Positions 10,996 to 20,144 of a DNA stretch of 44,671 nt are shown here, one piece after another. A model generated the notes under the pieces. It was not told the DNA's origin. It ran no database searches and saw only the letters and a list, made by a program, of their open reading frames with translations. The position numbers were made by a program, and so were the translations under genes. Position 1 is the stretch's first letter. Each line of letters starts with the position of its first letter. Source of the stretch: Eubacteriales bacterium (GTDB lineage: Bacteria > Bacillota > Clostridia > Oscillospirales > CAG-382); the NCBI GenBank assembly GCA_045596605.1, contig JAZOCR010000150.1, positions 1-44,671 on the forward strand, written 5' to 3'.

Positions 10996-12188
10996 AGGTA
11001 CTTGTAACAGGAGCCAAAGGCTTTGTCGGGAAGAACCTTTGCGAAAACTTAAAAAACATCCGTGATGGCAAGGACAGAACCCGTCCGAATATCGTAATCG
11101 ATGAAATTTGCGAATACGATATCGACACCGATTCTGCGCTTTTCGACGAATACTGCGCAAAAGCGGATTTTGTTTTCAATCTTGCGGGAGTGAACCGTCC
11201 TCAGAACGCAGAAGAGTTTATGCAGGGCAATTTTGGCTTTGCAAGTATTCTGCTTGATACTCTGAAAAAACACGGAAACAAGTGCCCCGTTATGATCTCA
11301 TCCTCCATTCAGGCGACTTGCATCGGTCGTTACGACAGCGATTACGGTCGTAGCAAGAAAGCAGGAGAGGAGCTTGTTTTCGATTATGCAAAGGAAACTG
11401 GCGCAAAGGTTCTCGTTTACCGCTTCCCGAACCTTTTCGGTAAGTGGTGCAGACCGAATTACAACAGCGCTGTTGCAACCTTCTGCCACAATATTGCAAA
11501 CGACCTGCCTATAACCGTTAGTGATCCTTCCGTACAGTTGGAATTGCTATATATCGATGACCTCATAACTGAAATGTTAGATGCGTTGGAGGGAAAAGAA
11601 CATCATTGCGAATTTGATGGCATTAATACTGTGCTGTGCGATGACGGAAAATACTGTGCTGCGCCGATTACCCACAAGGTAACGCTTGGGGAGATAGTTG
11701 ATCTGCTCGAAAGCTTCAAAGCACAGCCGAAGACTTTGGTTATACCCGAAACACCGCAAAGCAGCTTCGCCAAGAAGCTTTACAGCACATATCTTTCTTA
11801 CTTGCCAAAGGAAAAAATAGCTTTTCCTCTGAAGATGAACGCAGATGACAGAGGCAGTTTTACAGAGCTTCTTAAGACAGATAAGTGCGGGCAGTTCAGT
11901 GTAAATATCTCTAAACCCGGCATTACCAAAGGTCAGCATTGGCATAACACGAAATGGGAGTTCTTCATTGTTGTCAGCGGCAAGGGGCTCATTCAGCAGA
12001 GAAAAATCGGATCGGATGAGGTACTAAATTTCGAGGTTTCGGGAGATAAAATCCAAGCAGTTCATATGCTCCCCGGTTACACTCACAACATAATAAATCT
12101 TTCAGACACAGAAAATCTCGTTACGGTAATGTGGGCAAACGAGCTGTTTGATGCTGCACATCCCGACACATTCTTTGAGGAGGTATAA
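10992..12188 (+). CDS. fnlB: FnlB/CapF reductase-epimerase (SDR plus cupin)
   Basis: TGAKGFVG, LAGVNRP, FGKWCRPNYNS and cupin DDRGSF...GQHWH..K.EFF. Confidence 0.9.
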   Translation: MKVLVTGAKGFVGKNLCENLKNIRDGKDRTRPNIVIDEICEYDIDTDSALFDEYCAKADFVFNLAGVNRPQNAEEFMQGNFGFASILLDTLKKHGNKCPVMISSSIQATCIGRYDSDYGRSKKAGEELVFDYAKETGAKVLVYRFPNLFGKWCRPNYNSAVATFCHNIANDLPITVSDPSVQLELLYIDDLITEMLDALEGKEHHCEFDGINTVLCDDGKYCAAPITHKVTLGEIVDLLESFKAQPKTLVIPETPQSSFAKKLYSTYLSYLPKEKIAFPLKMNADDRGSFTELLKTDKCGQFSVNISKPGITKGQHWHNTKWEFFIVVSGKGLIQQRKIGSDEVLNFEVSGDKIQAVHMLPGYTHNIINLSDTENLVTVMWANELFDAAHPDTFFEEV

Positions 12189-12190
12189 AA

Positions 12191-13360
12191 ATGGAATTTA
12201 ACAACCTAAGCTTCCAAAACAACGGCAAGCTTAAGCTTTTGATTATAGTCGGCACACGACCCGAGATCATCAGACTTTCTGCCGTTATCACGAAATGTCG
12301 TAAATATTTCGACACGATTCTTGTCCATACGGGACAGAATTACGATTACAACCTCAACGGTGTGTTCTTCAAGGACTTAAAGCTTGACGATCCCGATGTA
12401 TATCTGAACGCAGTTGGGTCTGACCTTGGCAAGACTATGGGTAATATTATTGCAAGCTCCTATCAGCTTATGGCAGAGATAAAACCCGATGCTGTACTGG
12501 TTCTTGGCGATACCAACTCTTGCCTTTCTGTTATCGGAGCAAAGCGATTGCATATCCCGATTTTTCATATGGAAGCAGGAAACCGTTGCAAAGACGAGTG
12601 TCTGCCCGAGGAAACTAACAGAAGAATCGTTGATATTATTTCCGACGTCAATATGGCATACTCCGAGCACGCACGCCGCTATCTTGCAGATTGCGGACTG
12701 CCCAAGGAGCGCACATATGTGACAGGTTCTCCTATGGCAGAAGTACTGCGCAATAACCTTGACGAGATAGAGGCAAGCGACATTCACGCACGCCTCGGAC
12801 TTGATAAGGGAAAGTACATTCTCCTTTCGGCACACAGAGAAGAGAATATAGACACAGAAAAAAATTTCACAAGCCTTTTCACAGCGATCAATAAAATGGC
12901 TGAAAAGTACGATATGCCGATACTTTATTCCTGCCATCCGAGAAGCCGTAAACGTCTTGAATCAAGTGGATTTGTACTTGATAAGAGAGTTATTCAGCAC
13001 GAGCCTCTTGGCTTCCACGACTACAACTGTCTGCAGATGAACGCCTTTGCGGTAGTCTCTGATAGCGGAACGCTTCCCGAAGAAAGCTCGTTCTTCACAA
13101 GTATTGGAAAACCCTTCCCTGCTATTTGTATCCGGACATCAACCGAACGTCCGGAAGCTCTTGACAAAGCTTGCTTTATCCTTTCAGGAATTGACGAAAA
13201 GGGACTTTTGCAGGCGGTTGATACAGCAGTAACGATGAACGAAATGGGTGACTACGGCATTCCCGTTCCCGATTACATTGAAGAAAACGTATCTACAAAG
13301 GTAATCAAGATCATTCAGTCTTACACCGGTGTTGTAGATAAAATGGTCTGGAGAAAGTAA
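12191..13360 (+). CDS. fnlC: UDP-HexNAc 2-epimerase (FnlC/CapG)
   Basis: GTRPEIIRL, HTGQ, GDTNS, HMEAGNR, PEE.NR, HREEN, DSG and TERPE. Confidence 0.9.
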   Translation: MEFNNLSFQNNGKLKLLIIVGTRPEIIRLSAVITKCRKYFDTILVHTGQNYDYNLNGVFFKDLKLDDPDVYLNAVGSDLGKTMGNIIASSYQLMAEIKPDAVLVLGDTNSCLSVIGAKRLHIPIFHMEAGNRCKDECLPEETNRRIVDIISDVNMAYSEHARRYLADCGLPKERTYVTGSPMAEVLRNNLDEIEASDIHARLGLDKGKYILLSAHREENIDTEKNFTSLFTAINKMAEKYDMPILYSCHPRSRKRLESSGFVLDKRVIQHEPLGFHDYNCLQMNAFAVVSDSGTLPEESSFFTSIGKPFPAICIRTSTERPEALDKACFILSGIDEKGLLQAVDTAVTMNEMGDYGIPVPDYIEENVSTKVIKIIQSYTGVVDKMVWRK

Positions 13361-13380
13361 TTCGAAAGGTATCAGCACAT

Positions 13381-14535
13381 ATGGATCAAAGCGAAATACA
13401 AGAAATATTGATGGAAATTCTCTATTGCACCATAAATGAGAATTCGGACGATTCTTCTCTTAATGAAAAATTGACATCTGATGTGGTTGCAGCCGTATAT
13501 GGTCTTGCAAAAAAGCATTCGCTTGCTCATTTAGTTGCCCGATATATTTTCAAAAATCAAATTAGTGTCAATTCTGAAATTGAAGCTAAACTGCGCAAGA
13601 CAGATTTGATGGCGGTCTACCAGTATGAGCGAATGAAATACTCCTTTACTCAGATATGTGACGCTTTTGATCAAGCGGAAATTGCATATGTTCCATTGAA
13701 AGGTTCTGTTCTACGGGCATATTATCCCACAGAAGATATGAGAACCAGTTGCGATATTGATATTCTGATTCACGAAGCTGATTTGGAATTAGCAATTGGC
13801 GCACTTGAAGAAAAGAATTATCGCTGTGGCGAAAGACATTACCACGATGTGTCATTGTATTCCCCTAATAATATTCATTTAGAATTGCATTTCAATATCC
13901 AGGAGAATATGGATAATTTAGATGCTGTATTGAAAAATGCTTGGGAATATGCCGAGCCTGTAAAGGGAAGCCAATATGCGTTTTCAAAGGATTTTTTTGC
14001 TTTTCATATTTTTGCGCATATGGCATATCACTTTGTTTCCGGCGGTTGTGGAATTCGAGCCTTATTGGATATCAGAGTAATGGAGCATAAAATGGGAATT
14101 TCATATTCCTGCGCAAAAGAACTATTAGAGAAAGCCGGCATATACAAGTTTGCCTCGGAAATGAGCAAGCTCGCAGGACAGTGTTTTACAAATAGCGAAA
14201 GGGATTCTTTTTCTGATTCAATACTCAAATATATTTTTAAGGGCGGCGTGTATGGTAGTGCGGAAAATCATATTGCTGTTGATAAATCCAAGACCAAGAG
14301 TTCTGTAACTTATGCATTAAAAAGACTCTTTCCACCATACAAATCTATGATAATATTGTATCCGTTTTTGAAGAAGGGCTTTTTTCTACTTCCGTTTTGC
14401 TATGTCGCAAGGTGGATAAGCGCAATATTTGGTGGAAAATCCAAGCGAATTGCTTCTGAAATGGCGTATGTCAATAATATATCTGACGAAAAAATCAAAG
14501 AGGTAAAAGAAATTTGTTCACACTTAGGTTTGTGA
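13381..14535 (+). CDS. Nucleotidyltransferase family protein (NTP_transf_5-like)
   Basis: PLKGSVLRAYYP...RTSCDIDILI, ELH and HMAYHF..GGCGIR..LD motifs. Confidence 0.82.
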   Translation: MDQSEIQEILMEILYCTINENSDDSSLNEKLTSDVVAAVYGLAKKHSLAHLVARYIFKNQISVNSEIEAKLRKTDLMAVYQYERMKYSFTQICDAFDQAEIAYVPLKGSVLRAYYPTEDMRTSCDIDILIHEADLELAIGALEEKNYRCGERHYHDVSLYSPNNIHLELHFNIQENMDNLDAVLKNAWEYAEPVKGSQYAFSKDFFAFHIFAHMAYHFVSGGCGIRALLDIRVMEHKMGISYSCAKELLEKAGIYKFASEMSKLAGQCFTNSERDSFSDSILKYIFKGGVYGSAENHIAVDKSKTKSSVTYALKRLFPPYKSMIILYPFLKKGFFLLPFCYVARWISAIFGGKSKRIASEMAYVNNISDEKIKEVKEICSHLGL

Positions 14536-14563
14536 GCACGTGATAATAAGTAGTCTATAAAAT

Positions 14564-14600
14564 AAGACGGCACACCCCAAGAGGTATGCCGCCTTGTTTT
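14564..14600. terminator. Probable bidirectional intrinsic terminator between convergent genes
   Basis: AAGACGGCACACC-loop-GGTATGCCGCCTT with an A-rich left flank and T-rich right flank. Confidence 0.6.
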
Positions 14601-15062
14601 TTAGTACATATTATTTGCAGACATATAGTCGTAAATAACCTTGCCGTGAAGCTGTTCCTGCTTCTGAATGGAACCCAGGCAGTCACGGGCGCCCTTGTCG
14701 GAAAACTCAAAAATGCAGGTATCATAGAGGTGTGAGGCGTGCTTTTCCATTGTAAGAAGGTCTGTACAGAGGAAGCAGTCGTCCTTTTTGTCAGAGGAAT
14801 CCGCAGCTGAATAATTTGCACTGAAGGTCATATTTTCAAGAGGAGATGCTCCCTGGGAATTGTTCTGCGCCGGCACTGTACCGCCTGAAATCTGATTGAG
14901 GGTATCAAGATGGTTTTGTTCAATGCCTGCAAGCTGAGTAAATAAGTTTTTAAGCTGACCGTCCTTTGCGCACCCTGCGCTCTGTGTATACTTCTCTATA
15001 CAAAGCTTTTCCTGGTCTGTAAGGTCCTTTAAAAGAGCCGTTTCCTTTTGTGTAAGTGTCAT
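14601..15062 (-). CDS. Ferritin-like spore coat protein (CotF/rubrerythrin-like)
   Basis: MTLTQKETALLKDL..QEKLCIEKY...D.QLKNLF...EQNHLD and DLL..EK...IQKQEQLHG: two ExxH-type helical pairs. Confidence 0.75.
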   Translation of the reverse strand: MTLTQKETALLKDLTDQEKLCIEKYTQSAGCAKDGQLKNLFTQLAGIEQNHLDTLNQISGGTVPAQNNSQGASPLENMTFSANYSAADSSDKKDDCFLCTDLLTMEKHASHLYDTCIFEFSDKGARDCLGSIQKQEQLHGKVIYDYMSANNMY

Positions 15063-15167
15063 AATATAAAATCCCTTTCCGTGAAGCAAGGCGTAGTGCC
15101 CCGTGACCGATTACGGTCCTTTCACTTTTTATATTTTTCGCAAAGGAGAGTAAATTATTCAAAAGCC

Positions 15168-15563
15168 GGTGGAAAACTAACAAAAAGAAATTTTTCAAAA
15201 CATCTTGAAAGTATATATATAGTGTGATATAATTTATTTTGAATAAAGTTTTCCACACCTTTTTCAAATATTTTTATGCAAAAAGTGGGAAATAAGGGGT
15301 TTTCAACTTTTTTGCTCTGTGATGTGCGGAAAAATCCCCATTTTTCGACCCTTTTTAAAGCACGATACACGCAAGACCTTGATTTTTTAGTGGAAAAATC
15401 GGTGGAAACTGTGGAAAAAATCACGTTGTAAAATTCAATTTTATGAGAACGTACCGTTAAATATGCATGTTTTTCCAAGGTTTTCCCAAAAAGAGCAAAA
15501 CTTTTTCCACAACTATATGTAGTATAAGTGTTTTTCCACAAAGTTTTACACATGTGTGGAAAA
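15168..15563. promoter_or_regulatory. Cluster of DnaA-box-like 9-mers
   Basis: Exact TTTTCCACA at 15249, 15503, 15532 (+) and 15410, 15555 (-). Near matches at 15168, 15325, 15389, 15401 (-) and 15300, 15544 (+). Confidence 0.75.
15205..15233 (+). promoter_or_regulatory. Sigma-A promoter, probably for ymdB
   Basis: TTGAAA-17 bp-TATAAT with TG extension. Confidence 0.6.
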
Positions 15564-15596
15564 CGGTATCATAATTTGATTGAAAGGAACTGCAGA

Positions 15597-16385
15597 ATGA
15601 CAAACGGAGAAGCAAGAATACTTGTAATCGGCGACGTAGTAGGCGTCGGCGGAACGGAATTTATAGAAAAAAAGCTTTGGGGCATCAGAAAATTCTACGG
15701 CGCAGATATGACGGTGGTAAACGGCGAAAATGCGGCGCCGGGGAACGGGCTTGACAAGGACACATCTGACAGGCTTTTCAGAGCCGGCGCAGACGTAATA
15801 ACCAGCGGAAATCACATTTGGAAGCGTTCTTCTGTGGGCGAGCTTCTTGACGCAAACGAGTTTGTTCTTCGCCCGGCAAACTATCCCCCTGCGTGCCCCG
15901 GAAGCGGTGCGTGTATTTTTGATATGTGCTCCTACAAGGTGCTTGTTATGAATTTACTTGGCACTGTTTTTATGGAAAGCCTTGAATCTCCCTTCTCTGT
16001 AGCAGACAAAATTCTTGAGCGTGAAAAGGGCAACTACGACTTCGCTGTTCTTGATATTCACGCAGAGGCGACAAGTGAAAAGCTTGCCCTTGCAAAGTAT
16101 CTTGACGGCAGAGTTACGGCTGTTTTCGGAACTCACACCCACGTTCAGACCGCAGACGAGCAGATTTTGCCCGGCGGTACCGGCTATATAACCGACGCCG
16201 GAATGTGCGGTCCTGAGGATTCGGTGCTGGGAATTAAAAATGAAGTAATAATAAAGAAATTTCTTACAAAGATACCTGTACGTCATATTGAATCGGAAAA
16301 CCCGTCTGCGCTTTGCGGCTGTCTTTTCACCATTTCTCTTGACAGTAAAAAATGCACCGGTGTGCAGAGGATTTGTATAAGGTAG
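15597..16385 (+). CDS. ymdB: YmdB-like metallophosphoesterase (TIGR00282 family)
   Basis: GDVVG, NGEN, TSGNH, RPANYP, DIHAEATSEK, GTHTHV and TDAGMCG; ATG 15597 follows GAAAGGA. Confidence 0.92.
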   Translation: MTNGEARILVIGDVVGVGGTEFIEKKLWGIRKFYGADMTVVNGENAAPGNGLDKDTSDRLFRAGADVITSGNHIWKRSSVGELLDANEFVLRPANYPPACPGSGACIFDMCSYKVLVMNLLGTVFMESLESPFSVADKILEREKGNYDFAVLDIHAEATSEKLALAKYLDGRVTAVFGTHTHVQTADEQILPGGTGYITDAGMCGPEDSVLGIKNEVIIKKFLTKIPVRHIESENPSALCGCLFTISLDSKKCTGVQRICIR

Positions 16386-16395
16386 TATTTATGAA

Positions 16396-16975
16396 AGTCC
16401 GACACAGACAACTGCGTTGTCAGGTCGGGACTATGTACTTTTTCTTTCCTAAAATCAAAACAAAGCTTTCCTGGAGAAATTTTCATCAAACTTGAAACTT
16501 TATTTGGGATGTTACTTTTTCTTTCCAAAAAGAAAAAGTAACCAAAAAGAAGTTGCTAAGAGGCAAACCTCTTAGAACTCCTCTTGTCCCGCTTCGAGTT
16601 TATACAAATCTAAAACTTTAGAACACGAAAAAGCATTCGTTACTTTGAAATTTAACCACACTATCCAATACTTTCTACAAAGTTAATACTACACAAAGAT
16701 TACATAATTGCACATACTTTCAATGTATGTATGAGCAACATTGTAATCAATGTAAAACCTTAAAGCTAAACTCTGTTCTTGATAGTATGGTTCAACTCCA
16801 AGATTACGAGAACTCCTTGCGACAATTAAAGATGTACGCCCACTAAAGCTTTTACGTGACAAAAGGGAGTTTTCAGAGGACTTGTCCTCTGAACAACTTC
16901 TTTTGGTTACTTTTCTTTTTGTAAAGAAAAGTAACATATTTCCCGACCTGCCGACGAAGTCGGTTGTGTCGGGCT
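16396..16975. repeat. Long imperfect palindromic modular element, copy I (MITE/REPIN-like)
   Basis: Ends CCGACACA...TGTGTCGG. Inverted hairpin-bearing blocks (GTTACTTTTTCTTT..AAAGAAAAAGTAACCAAAAAGAAGTTG). Both arms are homologous to 29944-30590. Confidence 0.85.
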
Positions 16976-17074
16976 CTCGTCAATGCAAATATACACCAAA
17001 AAAGAAAACGGCATAAAAATCGCTCCCTTGGAAATTCATCTTCCAAAGGAGCATTAATTTTTTACAAGCGAAAA

Positions 17075-18169
17075 TTAAACGTTAAATCTGAACAGAACTA
17101 CGTCGCCGTCCTGCATAACGTATTCCTTGCCCTCACTGCGCATAAGTCCTTTTTCACGTGCCGTCGCAGTTGAGCCGCATTCAACAAGGTCGTCAAAGGC
17201 AATTACTTCGGCTCTTATAAAGCCACGTTCAAAGTCGGTATGGATTTTACCTGCCGCCTGCGGAGCCTTTGTGCCCTTTGTGATAGTCCAGGCGCGGACT
17301 TCCTCGGGACCTGCCGTAAGATAGCTTATAAGTCCGAGAAGCGAATAGCACGCTTTTACAAGCTTATCAAGTCCGGAGCACTCAAGACCGAGGTCGGAAA
17401 GGAACATAGCCTTGTCCTCGCCCTCAAGCTCTGCAATCTCCGCCTCTATTCCTGCGCAAATTTCAATAATTCCGGAGCCTTCCTCGTCTGCGATTTTCTT
17501 AAGAGCTACGTAATGAGGATTTTCCATCGGGTCATTTGCTATCTGGTCTTCATCAATGTTTGCCGCATATATTACGGGCTTAAGGCTCAGAAGCGGAATT
17601 TCACGGAGCATTTCAAGCTCGTCCTCGGAATAGTCGAGTGTTCTTGCGCTCTTACCCTCGTTTAGAGCTTCTCTGATTTTATTTATAAGGTCGATTTCCT
17701 TTTGCGCACTCTTGTCGCCCTTAAGAATTTTCTGTGCTCTGTCAAGGCGGCGTTCAAGGATTTCTATATCCGAATAAATAAGCTCAAGATTTATGGTTTC
17801 AACGTCAGATGCCGGGTCAACCTTTCCGTTTACGTGAACTATATCGCTGTTTTCAAAGCATCTTACAACGTGAACGATAGCGTCTACCTCACGGATATGT
17901 GAAAGGAACTTATTTCCCAGTCCCTCTCCCTTTGATGCGCCCTTTACAAGACCTGCGATATCAACGAACTCTATTACTGCGGGAGTATATTTTTTCGGGT
18001 CGTACATTTTTGCAAGAACATCAAGACGGCTGTCCGGAACGGGAGCTATACCCACATTTGGGTCGATGGTGCAGAAAGGGTAGTTTGCCGCATCTGCGCC
18101 TGCGTTTGTTATTGCGTTAAAAAGCGTACTTTTTCCGACGTTCGGGAGTCCTACTATACCTAATTTCAT
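17075..18169 (-). CDS. ychF: Redox-regulated ATPase YchF (Obg family)
   Basis: GIVGLPNVGKST, NYPFCTIDPN, DIAGLV.GAS.GEGLGNKFL, TGS domain and C-terminal FRFNV. Confidence 0.97.
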   Translation of the reverse strand: MKLGIVGLPNVGKSTLFNAITNAGADAANYPFCTIDPNVGIAPVPDSRLDVLAKMYDPKKYTPAVIEFVDIAGLVKGASKGEGLGNKFLSHIREVDAIVHVVRCFENSDIVHVNGKVDPASDVETINLELIYSDIEILERRLDRAQKILKGDKSAQKEIDLINKIREALNEGKSARTLDYSEDELEMLREIPLLSLKPVIYAANIDEDQIANDPMENPHYVALKKIADEEGSGIIEICAGIEAEIAELEGEDKAMFLSDLGLECSGLDKLVKACYSLLGLISYLTAGPEEVRAWTITKGTKAPQAAGKIHTDFERGFIRAEVIAFDDLVECGSTATAREKGLMRSEGKEYVMQDGDVVLFRFNV

Positions 18170-18334
18170 TTTTGTTTCTCCTTGTGTTTACAGCCTTAGT
18201 ATTTCGCAAAGTGAAGCGTCATAATTTGAGTGAAAACGCCCACTCAAATTCACCCCATTGTATCACAAAGGGGTAGTTTATTCAACGAAAATTTGTAAAT
18301 TTGTCATCGTTGATTTTTACTGCTCCCCTCATTA

Positions 18335-19459
18335 TCAGATAGCCTTTATGTAACAGCGACGGCGGCGGTGCTGACGCTTATCAAAATGTCGCCACATACT
18401 GTGAACGTCGCCGTTGGTTTCAAGCATAGGTCCTGTTTCACAGTATTTAACGCCGTTTTCAATAATCTTCTTTGAAAGTGTCTGTATAAGTATTGCCGGA
18501 AGTCCGAGTGCCTGATAATCAGGATGAACGGCAACAAAAAACATCTCCAAGGTATCGTTTTTGCCGTTGAGTGCTTTAAGCACACGCAGTGCACCAAAGG
18601 GCAGCATCTTACCGTCAGACTTTTTGAGTGCCTTTGCGATAGAGGGAACAAGCACGCCGAAGCCGATAATTTCGCCATTCTTATTTTTAACGGAGCAAAC
18701 GTAATCAAGATTAACCACCGGTATGTAACCGTCAATAGCGTGTTTTATAACCTCGGGAGTAAGCGGTACGGTGCCATAAAGCTTCGAAAAGGCTACGTCA
18801 ATAATCTTGAACGCTTCAAGAGCGTCATTATAAAGCACCTTGCGGCTATTGTAGGTCACAACCTCGTAGCCGTTCTTCTCAATAATATGATTACTGAGTC
18901 TTTCAAAGCGGGGGTCTACCGCTTCCGGAACATTTATACGGTATTCAATCCAGTCAATATCCTTCTTCAGTCCCAGTCGTTCCATGTGGTCAATGTAATA
19001 GGGATGATTATAGAAGGTTATGGAAAGATTAAGCTCGGAAAAGCCTTCCACAAGCATTCCCTCGTGGTCCATATCCGTAAAGCCAATGGGACCCATAATT
19101 TCAGAATACCCCTTTTCCTTGCCCCAGGACACAACCTTATCAAAAAGTGCCTTTGATACTTCATAGTCGTCAATAAAGTCAAAGCGGGTAAAGCGAATAG
19201 CGTTTTTACCCCATTTTTTATTGTAAGCGTGATTTATAAGACCGGCTATTCTGCCGACGATTTTATCGTCCTTATACGCAAGAAACATTTTTGTTTCGCA
19301 AAAAGCATAGGCAGGATTTTTGTCAGGCGTAAAGGTTTCAGTTTCGTCAAGCGCAAGAAAGGGAACGAAAAACTCGTTGTCCCGATAAAGCGAATTCGGA
19401 AACTCAACCCACCTCTTTAAATCCCTTTTTGATGTAACTTCCCTTATAATAACACTCAT
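18335..19459 (-). CDS. GNAT-fold N-acyltransferase (YghO / bacterial ceramide-synthase-like family)
   Basis: VGRIAGLINHAYN, RFDFIDD, GPIGFTDMDHEGMLVEGF, YNHPYY, VAVHPDYQ.LG and MLETN. Confidence 0.7.
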   Translation of the reverse strand: MSVIIREVTSKRDLKRWVEFPNSLYRDNEFFVPFLALDETETFTPDKNPAYAFCETKMFLAYKDDKIVGRIAGLINHAYNKKWGKNAIRFTRFDFIDDYEVSKALFDKVVSWGKEKGYSEIMGPIGFTDMDHEGMLVEGFSELNLSITFYNHPYYIDHMERLGLKKDIDWIEYRINVPEAVDPRFERLSNHIIEKNGYEVVTYNSRKVLYNDALEAFKIIDVAFSKLYGTVPLTPEVIKHAIDGYIPVVNLDYVCSVKNKNGEIIGFGVLVPSIAKALKKSDGKMLPFGALRVLKALNGKNDTLEMFFVAVHPDYQALGLPAILIQTLSKKIIENGVKYCETGPMLETNGDVHSMWRHFDKRQHRRRRCYIKAI

Positions 19460-19472
19460 AAACCCGTCCTCT

Positions 19473-20144
19473 TTAAATATTTTCTTTTTTCTTATAAAAG
19501 ACTTTAAATACTAATATTTCAGCAAGCAGACAAACCGGTAATGCTGCGAAGAAATCTACTGCCGAGTGTTGCTTTATAAACATCGTGGATAAACAAATAA
19601 GCACAGCCGCAAGTGTAACAAAGGCTTTCCACAGCCCTGATACGTTCTTTGCCTTGAGCCACACGGAAGCAATTCCGATAGAATAGGCACAGTGCAGTGA
19701 CGGACAAACTCCGGTGTTGGTATCAAATGAATATATAAGACCGATGCAAGTAGTCAGAAAATTTTCTCTTGGAAATTCCGACGGTCTGAGATTCTGACAG
19801 TTGGGGTAAAGTATATATACAATCATAGCGCAAATCTGCGTGATTATAATAAAGGTTTGCAGCTTTTTAAAGCTGTCTACGTCATAAAGAGCAAACCATA
19901 CAAGCGAAAATACGATTAGTGCATACCAGAACACATAAGGCAGCAAAAACCATTCGCAAAAGGGAATAATATCGTCAAGGCCGCAGTGAATAACGTGACA
20001 TTTTTCCACAGGAATGAGGTTTTCCGTAAGAAAATAAAGCGCAAAATAAATAATCCAGCCAAGAAGCAGCCAAAGGTGAGAAAACTCGGGAGTATTCAGC
20101 TTTGAAAAGCGGAATTTGCGGTAATCTACAACGGGAGCTCTGAT
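19473..20144 (-). CDS. PAP2-superfamily membrane phosphatase/phosphotransferase (PAP2_3/AUR1-like); probable ATC start
   Basis: LDD.IPF, YP....RP, CPSLHC and KQHS.VD motifs; several TM segments. AAGGAGG lies 7 nt upstream of an in-frame ATC at 20144. Confidence 0.75.
   Translation of the reverse strand: MRAPVVDYRKFRFSKLNTPEFSHLWLLLGWIIYFALYFLTENLIPVEKCHVIHCGLDDIIPFCEWFLLPYVFWYALIVFSLVWFALYDVDSFKKLQTFIIITQICAMIVYILYPNCQNLRPSEFPRENFLTTCIGLIYSFDTNTGVCPSLHCAYSIGIASVWLKAKNVSGLWKAFVTLAAVLICLSTMFIKQHSAVDFFAALPVCLLAEILVFKVFYKKKENI

Noticed and set aside
14950-15553. ORFs 14950-15267 and 15155-15553, and the long N-terminus of ORF 15528
   Set aside because: Recurrent VEN/VEK/WK residues are translations of the DnaA-box-like repeats. 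There is no recognisable family, and ymdB has a better RBS at 15597.
15168-15563. Definite oriC or dif call
   Set aside because: No dnaA, dnaN or gidA nearby, no clear switch in gene orientation, and no convincing dif match; genome-wide skew is needed.
16283-16937. Short ORFs inside the palindromic elements (also 25929-26545, 30141-30356, 42360-42692)
   Set aside because: Frames and lengths are not conserved between copies, and shared peptides such as KRKVTKRSC merely reflect the hairpin sequence.
18221-18250. Hairpin AATTTGAGTG...CACTCAAATT upstream of ychF as a regulatory RNA
   Set aside because: A single simple stem with no recognisable riboswitch landmarks; insufficient evidence.
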